Of a DNA stretch of 64,000 bases, positions 40,062 through 49,507 are shown piece by piece. The translations under genes and the position numbers were made by a program. A model generated the notes under the pieces. The model was not told the origin of the DNA. It worked only from the letters and a program-made list of their open reading frames with translations, and ran no database searches. The DNA lies in contig CAZJVP010000090.1 of assembly GCA_964549615.1 (NCBI GenBank), positions 1-64,000 of the forward strand. Reading direction: 5' to 3'. Position 1 is the stretch's first letter; each line of letters opens with the position of its first letter. The DNA comes from an uncultured Thermococci archaeon (GTDB lineage Archaea > CAYQAE01 > CAYVLA01).

Positions 40062-41349
40062 TTTCCTCTACCTTCGCTCTCTCTTCTCTTCCGGTCGTCA
40101 TGTCTCGAAGCGTTACCAGCCCTTCCTTGAGGTCCTGTCTGCCGACGATTATGGCGTACTTGTGGCCGGCCCTGTTTGCTGACTCTAGGCTTTTCCCAAG
40201 CTTCCTTCCCGTGACGTCCACCACAGCGGCCACCCCGGATCGTCTCAGGCGCGAAGCGATGGCCATCGCGTCGGGCATCTCTTCCTCCGATACCGGGCAG
40301 ACACATGCAGTCGGAACGAATGCCAAATCCTTAGGAAGAAGGCCCTTGGATTCGAGGGAGATTATAAGCCGCGCGGTGCCTCCGGCGCAACCGACCGCTG
40401 GGCAATCGCGGCCGTATATTCCGACGAGTCCATCGAACCTCCCGCCGCCGAAAACCGCTCCCAGATCCCTGTCCCCTGTGTCGAAGCACTCGAAGACGAA
40501 GCCGGTGTAGTAGTCGAGCCCCCTGACCAAGCTCAGATCGAAGACGATCCTGTCCAATCCCATCGATCTTTCAAGGATCCTGCCTATCCGCTCCATCCTA
40601 TCGATGGCCGGACAGTTCTTGATCTTTGGGTGGCTCCTCAGGAGCTCGCAGACCTGGAATAACCCTCCCCTCACCGAACAGAACTCAAAGACCTCGTCAA
40701 CCGCGGAAGTGCTCAGGCCCAGCTCCTTCAGCTGCCTGCGCATCTCATCCTGGGAGATCTTACCCTTCTTGTCCATAATCCTCAAGACCTCGGCTCTATC
40801 TATCCCTTGGTCCAATGTGCGCAGGAAAGCATCAAGGATCTGCCTGTCGTTGACCAAGATCTCGTAGCTCGACAACCCCAACGACTCCATGAGTCGACAG
40901 CCCAGCTCCACGACTTCCGCGTCAGCCGCAGGGTTCTGCGTCCCAAAAATCTCCACGTCCCACTGCTCCACGGATCGATATCGGCCATACTGCGGTTCAT
41001 CGTAGCGCCATACGTTGGAGATCGCCGCAAGCCGGATCGGCTTGGGCCAGTCCGGGTTGCTCGCAACCATCCTTGCCATGCCCACTGTTAGATCGAAGCG
41101 CAGCGCGAGGCGTCGCCCACCCTTGTCCTCGAAGGCGTATATCTCCTTCTCTATCGCCGGACCTGCCTTCGCGAATATCGTCTCTATCTTCTCTATGTGC
41201 GTGGGCTCGACGAGGCTGTAGCCGAAGAGCCTCAGCATGCGCCTCAGCCTGTCGTACACGTAGTCCCTCTTTGCCATTGCCTCGGGAGTGATATCCCTCA
41301 TTCCCCTTGGCGGTGTGAACTTGGCTTTTCTGTCCTTCTTCGTCGGCAC
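40033..41349 (-). CDS. hisS: Histidyl-tRNA synthetase
   Basis: PRGMRD, LRFDLT, WRYDEPQYGRYR, RGLDYYTG and GGGRFDGL; C-terminal anticodon-binding domain. Confidence 0.95.
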   Translation of the reverse strand: MPTKKDRKAKFTPPRGMRDITPEAMAKRDYVYDRLRRMLRLFGYSLVEPTHIEKIETIFAKAGPAIEKEIYAFEDKGGRRLALRFDLTVGMARMVASNPDWPKPIRLAAISNVWRYDEPQYGRYRSVEQWDVEIFGTQNPAADAEVVELGCRLMESLGLSSYEILVNDRQILDAFLRTLDQGIDRAEVLRIMDKKGKISQDEMRRQLKELGLSTSAVDEVFEFCSVRGGLFQVCELLRSHPKIKNCPAIDRMERIGRILERSMGLDRIVFDLSLVRGLDYYTGFVFECFDTGDRDLGAVFGGGRFDGLVGIYGRDCPAVGCAGGTARLIISLESKGLLPKDLAFVPTACVCPVSEEEMPDAMAIASRLRRSGVAAVVDVTGRKLGKSLESANRAGHKYAIIVGRQDLKEGLVTLRDMTTGREERAKVEEITSAVLRRN

Positions 41350-41462
41350 GCCCAGTCAACTCCAGGCAGAGGGCACGCAGCGATTAGGGAAGAGTCAACC
41401 GGCCCGTTTGATATCTGTTTCTCGCAACGGCCACGATCGGGGGTGACCGACGGCCGGGTTCA

Positions 41463-42674
41463 TCAGGGTCTGAACCACGAGATCTCGTAATAATCGTTCT
41501 CTCTTCCTTCGAGCTTTATCTTTCTCGTCAGATAGTAGCTTATGTCGGTCTCCCTGTCGACCACGGCGATGAGGAGCCGCAAACCCTTCCTCTCGGCCTC
41601 CCTGAGCGCGCTGCCGAACTCTAGCCCGCTCATGCGGAGGGTCTCGGGAATCGTGATGCACAAGAATGTGGGCTGGTTCTTGCCAGGCTCCTCAACCCCG
41701 TCTTTCGTTCTGTGGTAGAGGAGGAGATCGGCCCTCTCCGTCTCATCGTAGTCGTCCTTCGACATCCCGGGGACGCCGAGTATGAAGGTCTTCCGCACGC
41801 TCTGGGAGAGCCGAATGATCCTGCCCCACTCGCTCATGAGCATGCTGTAGGATTTGGGGAAGACGTGCAGGATGTGCTTGGAATGCACCCACTTATCTTT
41901 TCCAGTGCCGGCCCCCGGGAAGTAGATCCTGAAATGCGCGCCGAACTTGAAGCCGGTCTTCACGATGTAACCTGACATCCTCCAGTCCTCGTAGACCTCC
42001 AAGAGATCCGCCATCCCCGGATGCCTGATCAAGGCGAATTCCAGCAAGGCCTGGCAGGATATCTGTTCGCCGCTTGAAGCATCCACGACCTTGACGGAGT
42101 TGGGGTACTGCCTTGCGAGGTGAAGGGTCTCGATGAGGTCAAGCGAGAGGTTCTTCCCCGCCTTTTCCTGCTTGTACTTGCCGAGCTGTCCGATCCAGCT
42201 CTCATAGTACAGCTTCTCCGCTGCGTCCTGATCGAAGATCATCGACATTTCGGCCTCGCGAAAGAAGTAGCAGGTGACTTGGGGGATTTCCGGCAGCCTA
42301 ACTCTCTCGGTCGGGTATGAGATCGATTCGGACTTTCGGCAGCTGAGCTTCTTGGGGGCCCTATCCATCTCGACCGGGTAGACCCCCCTGTCCCTCCAAT
42401 CACGGTAGACGATATACTTCGGCAGAATCTCCGGATCACGCCGTACCTCTTCGAGCAGGAGTTCGCCGAACGAGATCTCCCTTCCTGCCTCGATCAGCCT
42501 GAAGTTCCTGCGCTCAATGAGGTACAGCACCTCTATGGGGGAGAGGCGACCCTTCTCGTCGCCGAAGTGCTTCTCCCTGAGCAGCGTGGCGCCCTCGCCG
42601 GGCTGAGGAACCGTCACCCCCTTTGACCTGATGAGGATCGCTTCCGGCTCGCTCGCCTCGCACTCACCGCTCAT
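41463..42674 (-). CDS. endA: tRNA-intron endonuclease, long multi-unit (epsilon2-like) form
   Basis: LSPIEVLYL...VYRDWRDRG; catalytic unit GYIVKTGFKFGAHFRIYFPG...HSKH...RLSQSVRKT; a third, degenerate unit ends AVVDRETDISYY. Confidence 0.85.
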   Translation of the reverse strand: MSGECEASEPEAILIRSKGVTVPQPGEGATLLREKHFGDEKGRLSPIEVLYLIERRNFRLIEAGREISFGELLLEEVRRDPEILPKYIVYRDWRDRGVYPVEMDRAPKKLSCRKSESISYPTERVRLPEIPQVTCYFFREAEMSMIFDQDAAEKLYYESWIGQLGKYKQEKAGKNLSLDLIETLHLARQYPNSVKVVDASSGEQISCQALLEFALIRHPGMADLLEVYEDWRMSGYIVKTGFKFGAHFRIYFPGAGTGKDKWVHSKHILHVFPKSYSMLMSEWGRIIRLSQSVRKTFILGVPGMSKDDYDETERADLLLYHRTKDGVEEPGKNQPTFLCITIPETLRMSGLEFGSALREAERKGLRLLIAVVDRETDISYYLTRKIKLEGRENDYYEISWFRP

Positions 42675-42728
42675 AGTTCAGGCAAAAAATTTATGTTGCG
42701 CTTTAAAGATATCCCTTCGGGCTAAGCG

Positions 42729-43277
42729 TTGGTTCCCAAGAAACGTGACGGCAGCGCCACCGCGCAAACCCTCGTGGCGAAGCGAACCCTCGATCCGATG
42801 GATGCGCTGACTGAGGAGAACCGCATGGTTCTAACCTTCTTTGCCTCGGAGATCGCGAGGTTCCTCGAGGCGGGAATCAACAGGCGGTTGGAAGATATCG
42901 AGTACCGGATCCGAGAGATGCCGCTGAGGAACGTGGCAAGCGAGGACGCGAAGGTCGTCAGGGAGATACTCCGGCTCTTCTCCAGATACAAGCTGTTCAG
43001 GATCCTGCGGGCCCTCGCCGCGTTCGCATCGGAGGACCGCGAGTTCACGAAGAACAGCCTGATACGTGTCGCCGGCGTGGGTCAAGGATTCCGCCGGGAT
43101 GGGCTGGACAGGCTCATCGACGTCCTATGTTCCAGGGGGCTTCTTCTCGAAGTTGGAAAACGGGGAAGGGGCATCGTGTTCTGCGCAACCGGCATCGGAA
43201 AGGAATTCCTGCGCCTCTACGTTCCGAAGACCACCCCTCAATCGAGTCCTTTGCCCGACGACGGGGGACGGGGATAA
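42729..43277 (+). CDS. Hypothetical protein with a C-terminal winged-helix-like region
   Basis: Ends LDRLIDVLCSRGLL...GIVFCATGIGKEFL; its stop overlaps the next start (TAATG). Start codon uncertain. Confidence 0.5.
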   Translation: MVPKKRDGSATAQTLVAKRTLDPMDALTEENRMVLTFFASEIARFLEAGINRRLEDIEYRIREMPLRNVASEDAKVVREILRLFSRYKLFRILRALAAFASEDREFTKNSLIRVAGVGQGFRRDGLDRLIDVLCSRGLLLEVGKRGRGIVFCATGIGKEFLRLYVPKTTPQSSPLPDDGGRG

Positions 43278-43936
43278 TGAGGATAGCTTTGGTGGGAGGC
43301 ACGGGGGCCCTCGGCACGGGACTCGCCGCAAGATGGGGCGAGAAACACGATGTTCTGCTGGGTTCCAGGAGCTACGACCGAGCAAAGATGGCAAGCGACA
43401 AGGTGAGATCGATGATGGCCGATCAGAATATCAAGGTCAATGTGGAACCGCAAGAGAACTACCACGCACTCGTCAAGTCCGAGGTCGTCGTCCTATGCAT
43501 CGCATACGAGCAGGCCTTGGCCACGGTCAGGCAGTTGATGGCCGGGTTCAAGGACCAGGTGGTCATATCTCCGCTGAGCCCCATGATGCCGACCAACGAT
43601 GCTTTTCAGTACGTCAGGCCCGTGGAGGGGTCGGCCGCGATGCAGCTACGCCGGCTTCTTCCGCGGGATGTCGAGCTTGTCTCAGCCTTCCAAGGACTTC
43701 CGGCATCCAAACTGCTCGACGTGCGGAGGACCATCAATTTCGACGTCCCCGTGTTCACGGACTCCGGGGCAGCGCGCAAGAAGGCCTTCGACCTTATCAG
43801 GGACATCAAGTATCTCAGGCCGTTGAACGGAGGGCCGCTGGAGTTGGCCCACCTGGGGGAGATGATGGGCCCGCTTTGGAGAAGCATAGGTTCCCTCAAC
43901 AAGATGAAGGACCCGTCGTTTAAGTTCCTGGAGTAA
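43277..43936 (+). CDS. npdG: NADPH-dependent F420 reductase (F420H2:NADP+ oxidoreductase family)
   Basis: MRIALVGGTGALGTGLA, GSRS, EGSAA, SAFQ and GPL. Confidence 0.8.
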   Translation: MRIALVGGTGALGTGLAARWGEKHDVLLGSRSYDRAKMASDKVRSMMADQNIKVNVEPQENYHALVKSEVVVLCIAYEQALATVRQLMAGFKDQVVISPLSPMMPTNDAFQYVRPVEGSAAMQLRRLLPRDVELVSAFQGLPASKLLDVRRTINFDVPVFTDSGAARKKAFDLIRDIKYLRPLNGGPLELAHLGEMMGPLWRSIGSLNKMKDPSFKFLE

Positions 43937-43996
43937 GGAGAGTCTCCAGAATACATTTAACGCAACCGCCAACCGACGCACTTCGAAGGGACCAAG

Positions 43997-45217
43997 TTGA
44001 TCAAGGTCGCCAAGTTCGGCGGCACGAGCATAGGGACGCCCGCCAGGCTTCGCCGCGCGGCAAGATCGATCCAGAAGCAGGTGGCAAGGGGCGACCAACT
44101 CGTTGTGGTTGTCTCGGCAATGGGACAAACGACAGACCAGCTCCTACGCCTGGTCGGGGATCTGAAGGTCAACCTTCCCGACATGGCCATCGACGAGATC
44201 CTGTCGATGGGGGAGAGGCTGAGCGCGAGGCTGCTCTGGGCCCTGCTGGACGCGGCCGGCGTGAATTCGGTTTTCCTCGATCCCTCCATGCCGGAATGGC
44301 CAATAGTCACCGACAGCAACTTCCGCAAGGCAAAGGTCGATCTCAAACGCACCCTGCAGAGGTGCAAACGCTACCTTCTTCCCCTCGTCAGGAGCGGGTG
44401 CGTTCCGGTCATCTGCGGGTTTCTCGGCAGGGATCGGGAGGGCAGGACCACGACGCTGGGTAGGGGCGCGAGCGATCGCACGGCATTCCTGCTGGGGTAC
44501 TGTCTGAATGCTGACGAGGTCATCATCGTCACCGACGTGGACGGCGTCATGTCGGCCGATCCGAGGATCGTAAGGGATGCAAGGTTGATCAGGTCAATCA
44601 AGTTCGAAGAACTCTGGAACCTGAGCGTGGGGGGCGCGCAGGTCCTGGAGTGGGGTGCCCTCAGCTTCAAACTGCCCAATCAGAGGGCAAAGATCATACA
44701 CTACAGAAGAGGCGATCTGGATTCAGGAGGAACTGAGATATTGGGTTCGCCAAGTTCGGATCTGCGCGTGTCGCTCCACGACCGCCCCGTGACCTCGGTC
44801 ACGGTCGTCGGCGAGCGCATGAGCCAAGTACCCGGCCTGCTTGCCCGCTTCTCCGAGGCACTGGCCACCGCCGATATCAACGTCGTCGGCGTGAGCACCG
44901 GCAGTTGGTCGATCAGCTTCTTCGTCGAAAGCGATCGGAGCGAGTCAGCGGTGAAAGCGCTGCACAGCGTGATCTCGGGCCCTGCAAAGGCGGTGACGAG
45001 CGGCGAGCGGTGCGCCATGATAACCATCGCGGGCGGCAAGCTCATCTATACGCCGGGGATCATCGCGAGGGCACTTCTCCCGCTCGCGCAGAGCAACGTG
45101 AACGTCGTTGAGGTTTCGACGAGCAAGGCGGAGATCACCGTTTTCGTGAAATGGGCTGACCGGAATACAGCCCTTCGGCTCGTCGAAGATTCCTGTTCCA
45201 AGGTCGATCTTTCCTAG
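43997..45217 (+). CDS. lysC: Aspartate kinase with two ACT domains
   Basis: KFGGTS, VVVSAMG, GERLSA, TTLGRGASD and TDVDGVMSADP. Confidence 0.9.
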   Translation: MIKVAKFGGTSIGTPARLRRAARSIQKQVARGDQLVVVVSAMGQTTDQLLRLVGDLKVNLPDMAIDEILSMGERLSARLLWALLDAAGVNSVFLDPSMPEWPIVTDSNFRKAKVDLKRTLQRCKRYLLPLVRSGCVPVICGFLGRDREGRTTTLGRGASDRTAFLLGYCLNADEVIIVTDVDGVMSADPRIVRDARLIRSIKFEELWNLSVGGAQVLEWGALSFKLPNQRAKIIHYRRGDLDSGGTEILGSPSSDLRVSLHDRPVTSVTVVGERMSQVPGLLARFSEALATADINVVGVSTGSWSISFFVESDRSESAVKALHSVISGPAKAVTSGERCAMITIAGGKLIYTPGIIARALLPLAQSNVNVVEVSTSKAEITVFVKWADRNTALRLVEDSCSKVDLS

Positions 45218-45238
45218 GAAGTCGGCGCCCGCCGGACT

Positions 45239-46480
45239 TCACAGGCGCCTCGTCTGGATCGAGTCCTCACGAAAGCTGGTTCTACCCACGTCCCTATACA
45301 GGGCACGTTGAAACATGAGAGTCCAGACCGCCACGCCCACGACAAGCGAGACCCCCGTCACAGCCAGCCATTCGGAGACGTACACCCAAAGAAGCGCGTC
45401 CCTCTTAACCTGCTCGGCCACCGCCTCAGCCTCGGCCATCAGGTCGAGCGCTGACTTCGCCTCTCCCAAGGCCTGGGCGAACTCCTGCTGAAGATACAGG
45501 TCGGCGGCCTTCCTCTGCGCCTCCTCGCATTGCCGCAGGACGACGAGAACCCTTCTCGGGTTCGCGCCGAAGCCCTCAACGAAGTCCAAGAGACCGGCGA
45601 CCAGCATCCTTCGAAACCCCAAGCTTGCAAAGGCCGCCCTGACATCGTGAACCATCCTATAGTCCTGCGGCACGGCCCTCTTCGAGCAGTACAGCATTAG
45701 GTTGGTGACGAAGTCAGGGAGGAACTCCCACTGCAGGAAGAGAACGCCTCCTCCCGGCGTCCAGTCGCCGGTCATGGCGAAGACCCGGCCATTCCCATCG
45801 TAGTCCCACACGGAGAAGAAGGGATTCTGCCAGCCGACGTAGCGACCCCGGTCGATCGTGCTGATGGCTAGGACATCGCTTCCATCTTTCGGCATGACGA
45901 CGTTGCAGGCATAGTTCTGCAGGAACGGAAGATCCGGGCGCCACGGCAGGCTCCCGATGAACTCGTTCCCCATGTCAACGATCCTTGTAGGACCACCCTC
46001 GTAGACCCCCCTGATGGTTGCCACGGGCAGCACATCCCCCACGGGGGTTGGCCCCCACTCCGGGTGCTGTCCGTTTGTGCCGTAGGTCTCGTGCCCCCCG
46101 ACCATGACAAGGCCCATGCCGGACTCGGACACCGCCCTCTTGAACCAGACCAGTTGGTCCCCAGAGAAGCTGGCAACATTGGAATCGCTTATGATCAGCA
46201 CGTCGTACGTCCCTACGAGTTCCTCGTAGGAACGGGGCATGTAGACCCGAATGGCTCGCAGGATGTCCTTCTGCGAAATGCCGGCATAGTGGTCACGGGA
46301 GGCTTGGACGGGCGTGACGGCCAGAAACGGTTCAACCCTCATGTGGATGTACGGAGTTTGCCCAGGGTACGGGTCTCCCGTATAGAGAACTCTGACCTTG
46401 GACGGATCTTGAGCGGCTGCTACGCCCCAGGTCAAGGCGCAGACGGCGATGAGGCCGTTCAGAAGCGCGAAGCGACCCAT
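45239..46480 (-). CDS. Surface protein paralogue 8 (closest to paralogue 3)
   Basis: PSKVRVLYTGDPYPGQTPYIHM, GDWTPGGG and FVEGFGAN; C-terminus WVYVSEWLAVTG...MFQRALYRDVGRT. Confidence 0.8.
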   Translation of the reverse strand: MGRFALLNGLIAVCALTWGVAAAQDPSKVRVLYTGDPYPGQTPYIHMRVEPFLAVTPVQASRDHYAGISQKDILRAIRVYMPRSYEELVGTYDVLIISDSNVASFSGDQLVWFKRAVSESGMGLVMVGGHETYGTNGQHPEWGPTPVGDVLPVATIRGVYEGGPTRIVDMGNEFIGSLPWRPDLPFLQNYACNVVMPKDGSDVLAISTIDRGRYVGWQNPFFSVWDYDGNGRVFAMTGDWTPGGGVLFLQWEFLPDFVTNLMLYCSKRAVPQDYRMVHDVRAAFASLGFRRMLVAGLLDFVEGFGANPRRVLVVLRQCEEAQRKAADLYLQQEFAQALGEAKSALDLMAEAEAVAEQVKRDALLWVYVSEWLAVTGVSLVVGVAVWTLMFQRALYRDVGRTSFREDSIQTRRL

Positions 46481-46565
46481 TAGGACCCCTAGCCAAGCAA
46501 GAAGTGCTCGCCGCCACGGGCTTAAATGTGGCCCACCGGCGCTCCCGGCCGGTGGGCTTGAGAAC

Positions 46566-48809
46566 CTACAGGTAGGAACCGGGCTCCTCCCTCGTCGGCT
46601 TCTCCTTCTTCGCGATCTCCATCGCCGACCGCCTGAACCTCTTCGAGAGGGCCATATAGCTCTCGAGCTCCTCCGGCGACATGGGCTGAATCTTGGACAT
46701 CGCCTTCTCGAAGTGCTCCGCCGTCACCACCGCCTTGGACAGCCCATCCTTGTCCATCTTGCCCCCGGAGGAAACGTACTGCCTGATCGCCAGCATCACG
46801 GCTTCGTTGCAGATGGCCGCGATGTCCGCGCCGGTGTAGTTCTCGGTCTTCCTAGCCAGCTGCTTGAGGTCGACATCCGGCGCGAGCGGTTTGCCCCTCG
46901 TGTGGATCTTGAATATCTCCAGCCTCGCTTCCTCGTCCGGCGGCGGAATGTAGATTGCCCGGTCGAACCTGCCCGGCCTGAGCAGGGCTGGATCGATTAT
47001 GTCAGGACGGTTGCTGGCCGCAATCACGGTGACGTCGTTCAGGTCCTCCAATCCGTCTATCTCGGTCAGGAACTGGCTTATCACCCGCTCCGTCACGTTG
47101 GAGTCACCGAACATGCGCCCGCGCACGGGCACGATCGAGTCTATCTCGTCGAAGAATATGATGCACGGAGCTGCCATCTTTGCTTTCCTGAACGTCTCCC
47201 TCACCGCCTTCTCGCTTTCGCCCACCCACTTGGACAGGAACTCCGGCCCCTTCACGCTTATGAAGTTGGCCTCGCTTTCCGTCGCCACCGCCTTGGCCAA
47301 CAGGGTCTTACCCGTCCCGGGCGGGCCGTAGAGCAGGATCCCCTTGGGCGGCCTTGCATTCATGTGCGAGAACAAGTCGCGGTACTTGAGCGGCCACTCC
47401 ACCGATTCCCTCAACTCCTGCTTCGCCTCCGCGAGGCCGCCGATGTCCGACCAGTGGACGTTGGGGCTCTCCACCAGGACTTCCCTCAGAGCCGACGGCT
47501 CCATCTCCCTGAGGGCACAGAAGAAGTCCTCCTTGGTCACCCTCAGGCTGTCAAGGACCTCGGCCGGGATGCTCTCGGCCTCTAGGTCGATCTTCGGCAG
47601 TGCCCTCCGGATCGCCCTCATCGCGGCCTCCTTGGCGAGCGCCGCCAGGTCGGCACCAGTGAAGCCGTGGGTGACGTCAGCCAGCGCCTGAAGGTCGACC
47701 CCGTCCAGCGGCATCCCCCTGGTGTGTATCATGAGTATCTCGTGCCTGCCGCTTCTATCGGGTATCCCTATCTCTATCTCCCTGTCAAACCTCCCGGGCC
47801 TTCTCAGTGCGGGGTCTAGGGCATTCGGCCTGTTGGTAGCACCTATGACGACCACTTTGCCCCGCGCCTCAAGGCCGTCCATGAGGGCCAAAAGCTGGGC
47901 CACGACCCGCCTCTCGACCTCCCCCGTCACCTCCTCTCGCTTGGGCGCGATGGAGTCTATCTCGTCGATGAAAACGATGCTGGGGGCGTTCTCTTGGGCC
48001 TGTTTGAAGATCTCCCTCAGGTTCTCCTCGCTTTGGCCGTAGTATTTGCTCATTATCTCCGGTCCGCTCAGGCTGTAGAAGTTAGAGCTCGTTTCCCCCG
48101 CGACGGCCTTGGCCAGGAGGGTCTTCCCGGTGCCGGGCGGTCCGTGAAGGAGCACTCCCTTGGGCGCCTCGACCCCGAGCTTTTCGAAGAGCTCCGGATG
48201 CCGCAGGGGTAGCTCTATCATTTCCCTCACCTTCTGGATCTCGTCGCCGAGCCCCCCGATGTCCTCGTAGGTCACCCTAGGCACTCCGGCGAGGACCTGC
48301 GGAGCCGGCTTCTCGCTTATCGTGACCGTGGTGTTATCCGTGATCATCACGGCCGGTCCCGCAGGCTTGGTCGATACGACGGCTAGGTTGATCTTGTTGC
48401 CCATTATTGCAAGCTCTATGATATCCCCCTTGGTCACGACCCTCCCTTCCAAGAGCCTCGCAATGTAGGGCTCTGCATTGCGAATGCGAAGAGGCTCGGT
48501 CGGGGCAAACCCGATGGACTCGGCCTCATGTGCCTCCGCAAGCTTGACAGTGACCTTCTCGTCTATGGACACCCCGGCATTTCGACGCGTAACCGCATCG
48601 ATCCTAACCGTGCCCGTGCTGACATCCTCCAGATAGCCGGGCCAGGATATTGCATAGGTCGTCCTCTTCCCCTGGATGGACACCACGTCCCCCGACGTGA
48701 GTTTGAGTCTCTCCGCGATCTGCGGGTCGATCCTCGCTATACCCTTGCCGACGTCTCTCTGTCGAGCATCGGCAACCCTAAGAACTGCCGAATTCTGCGG
48801 CTGCGCCAT
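46566..48809 (-). CDS. cdc48: CDC48/VCP-like AAA+ ATPase
   Basis: N domain ([11 protein letters not shown]) and two AAA modules ([27 protein letters not shown]). Confidence 0.95.
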   Translation of the reverse strand: MAQPQNSAVLRVADARQRDVGKGIARIDPQIAERLKLTSGDVVSIQGKRTTYAISWPGYLEDVSTGTVRIDAVTRRNAGVSIDEKVTVKLAEAHEAESIGFAPTEPLRIRNAEPYIARLLEGRVVTKGDIIELAIMGNKINLAVVSTKPAGPAVMITDNTTVTISEKPAPQVLAGVPRVTYEDIGGLGDEIQKVREMIELPLRHPELFEKLGVEAPKGVLLHGPPGTGKTLLAKAVAGETSSNFYSLSGPEIMSKYYGQSEENLREIFKQAQENAPSIVFIDEIDSIAPKREEVTGEVERRVVAQLLALMDGLEARGKVVVIGATNRPNALDPALRRPGRFDREIEIGIPDRSGRHEILMIHTRGMPLDGVDLQALADVTHGFTGADLAALAKEAAMRAIRRALPKIDLEAESIPAEVLDSLRVTKEDFFCALREMEPSALREVLVESPNVHWSDIGGLAEAKQELRESVEWPLKYRDLFSHMNARPPKGILLYGPPGTGKTLLAKAVATESEANFISVKGPEFLSKWVGESEKAVRETFRKAKMAAPCIIFFDEIDSIVPVRGRMFGDSNVTERVISQFLTEIDGLEDLNDVTVIAASNRPDIIDPALLRPGRFDRAIYIPPPDEEARLEIFKIHTRGKPLAPDVDLKQLARKTENYTGADIAAICNEAVMLAIRQYVSSGGKMDKDGLSKAVVTAEHFEKAMSKIQPMSPEELESYMALSKRFRRSAMEIAKKEKPTREEPGSYL

Positions 48810-48810
48810 T

Positions 48811-49449
48811 TCACAATTCCTCCTCCGAAATCACGTTCATTTCCCGGAGCCTCGTTAGCACGTTCCTGACCATCTCCTCTCTCAGACCGAGACTCCTCGA
48901 GACATCTGAAAGCGTGAAGTGCTCATGAGCCAGGATGTAGTGTAGCACCTCTCTCTCCTCGTAGTCGCTGAACAGATTCTGCACGATCTGTCTCGCCCTC
49001 CACAAGTGCTCTTCCTTGTCCCGTATGAGGTCCAGCATCTGCTTGTCCACCATCGAGATCTGCCGGTTTATCTCGGTCAGGCTCTCCCGAAGCTTCATGA
49101 GGTCCTGCGGATTTGCGTTCTGAGCAGGCCGGGCTTCGTTATCCTTGTGCTCGTCTGAAAGCTCTCCGATCCTTGCCTCGAAAAGGCTGGGCGTCATGTC
49201 CAACCGCAAAGATATTCGCTTGGCCGCCACGTAGCACTTGCGGGCCGGGCCCATCTTGCTCTCCGTTCTCGTACAGCGGACGATCCCGTGCTTCTCGAGG
49301 AGGTCGAGGTGCTTCATCACGGCCTGCACGCTGAGCCTGAGCTCTTTGGCGAGTTGGAGTGGATAGTGCGGCTCTACAGCGAGCCTCCAGAGTATCCTCC
49401 TCCGCGTCGGGTTCTCCAACAACATCAAAAGGTCGTCAAGCTCGGGCAG
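48811..49449 (-). CDS. ArsR-like wHTH + coiled-coil regulator (Phr/HSR1-like heat-shock repressor)
   Basis: [10 protein letters not shown]...[11 protein letters not shown]...QAVMKHL; lies between hsp20 and cdc48. Likely CTG start at 49449 after GGAGGT. Confidence 0.8.
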   Translation of the reverse strand: MPELDDLLMLLENPTRRRILWRLAVEPHYPLQLAKELRLSVQAVMKHLDLLEKHGIVRCTRTESKMGPARKCYVAAKRISLRLDMTPSLFEARIGELSDEHKDNEARPAQNANPQDLMKLRESLTEINRQISMVDKQMLDLIRDKEEHLWRARQIVQNLFSDYEEREVLHYILAHEHFTLSDVSRSLGLREEMVRNVLTRLREMNVISEEEL

Positions 49450-49467
49450 AAGAGATACCTCCTCGAG

Positions 49468-49498
49468 AAAAAGGAGAGGCCCCTTCGCGTGAAGGGGC
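49468..49498 (-). terminator. Hairpin + T-run between hsp20 and the regulator gene
   Basis: Minus strand reads GCCCCTTC-acgc-GAAGGGGC, then ctctccTTTTT. Confidence 0.5.
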
Positions 49499-49507
49499 GA
49501 ATCGAGA

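Noticed and set aside
4273-46480. Diversity-generating retroelement or cassette switching as the source of the eight paralogues
   Set aside because: There is no reverse transcriptase or recombinase in the window. The conserved tails differ at synonymous positions, so the conservation is at protein level rather than near-identical DNA repeats.
46449-47585. Long antisense or alternate-frame ORFs (e.g. 46449-47585 +, 22637-23608 +, 28695-29579 +, 14194-14988 +)
   Set aside because: These are shadow ORFs typical of high-GC coding DNA; they overlap well-supported genes and have no recognisable motifs.
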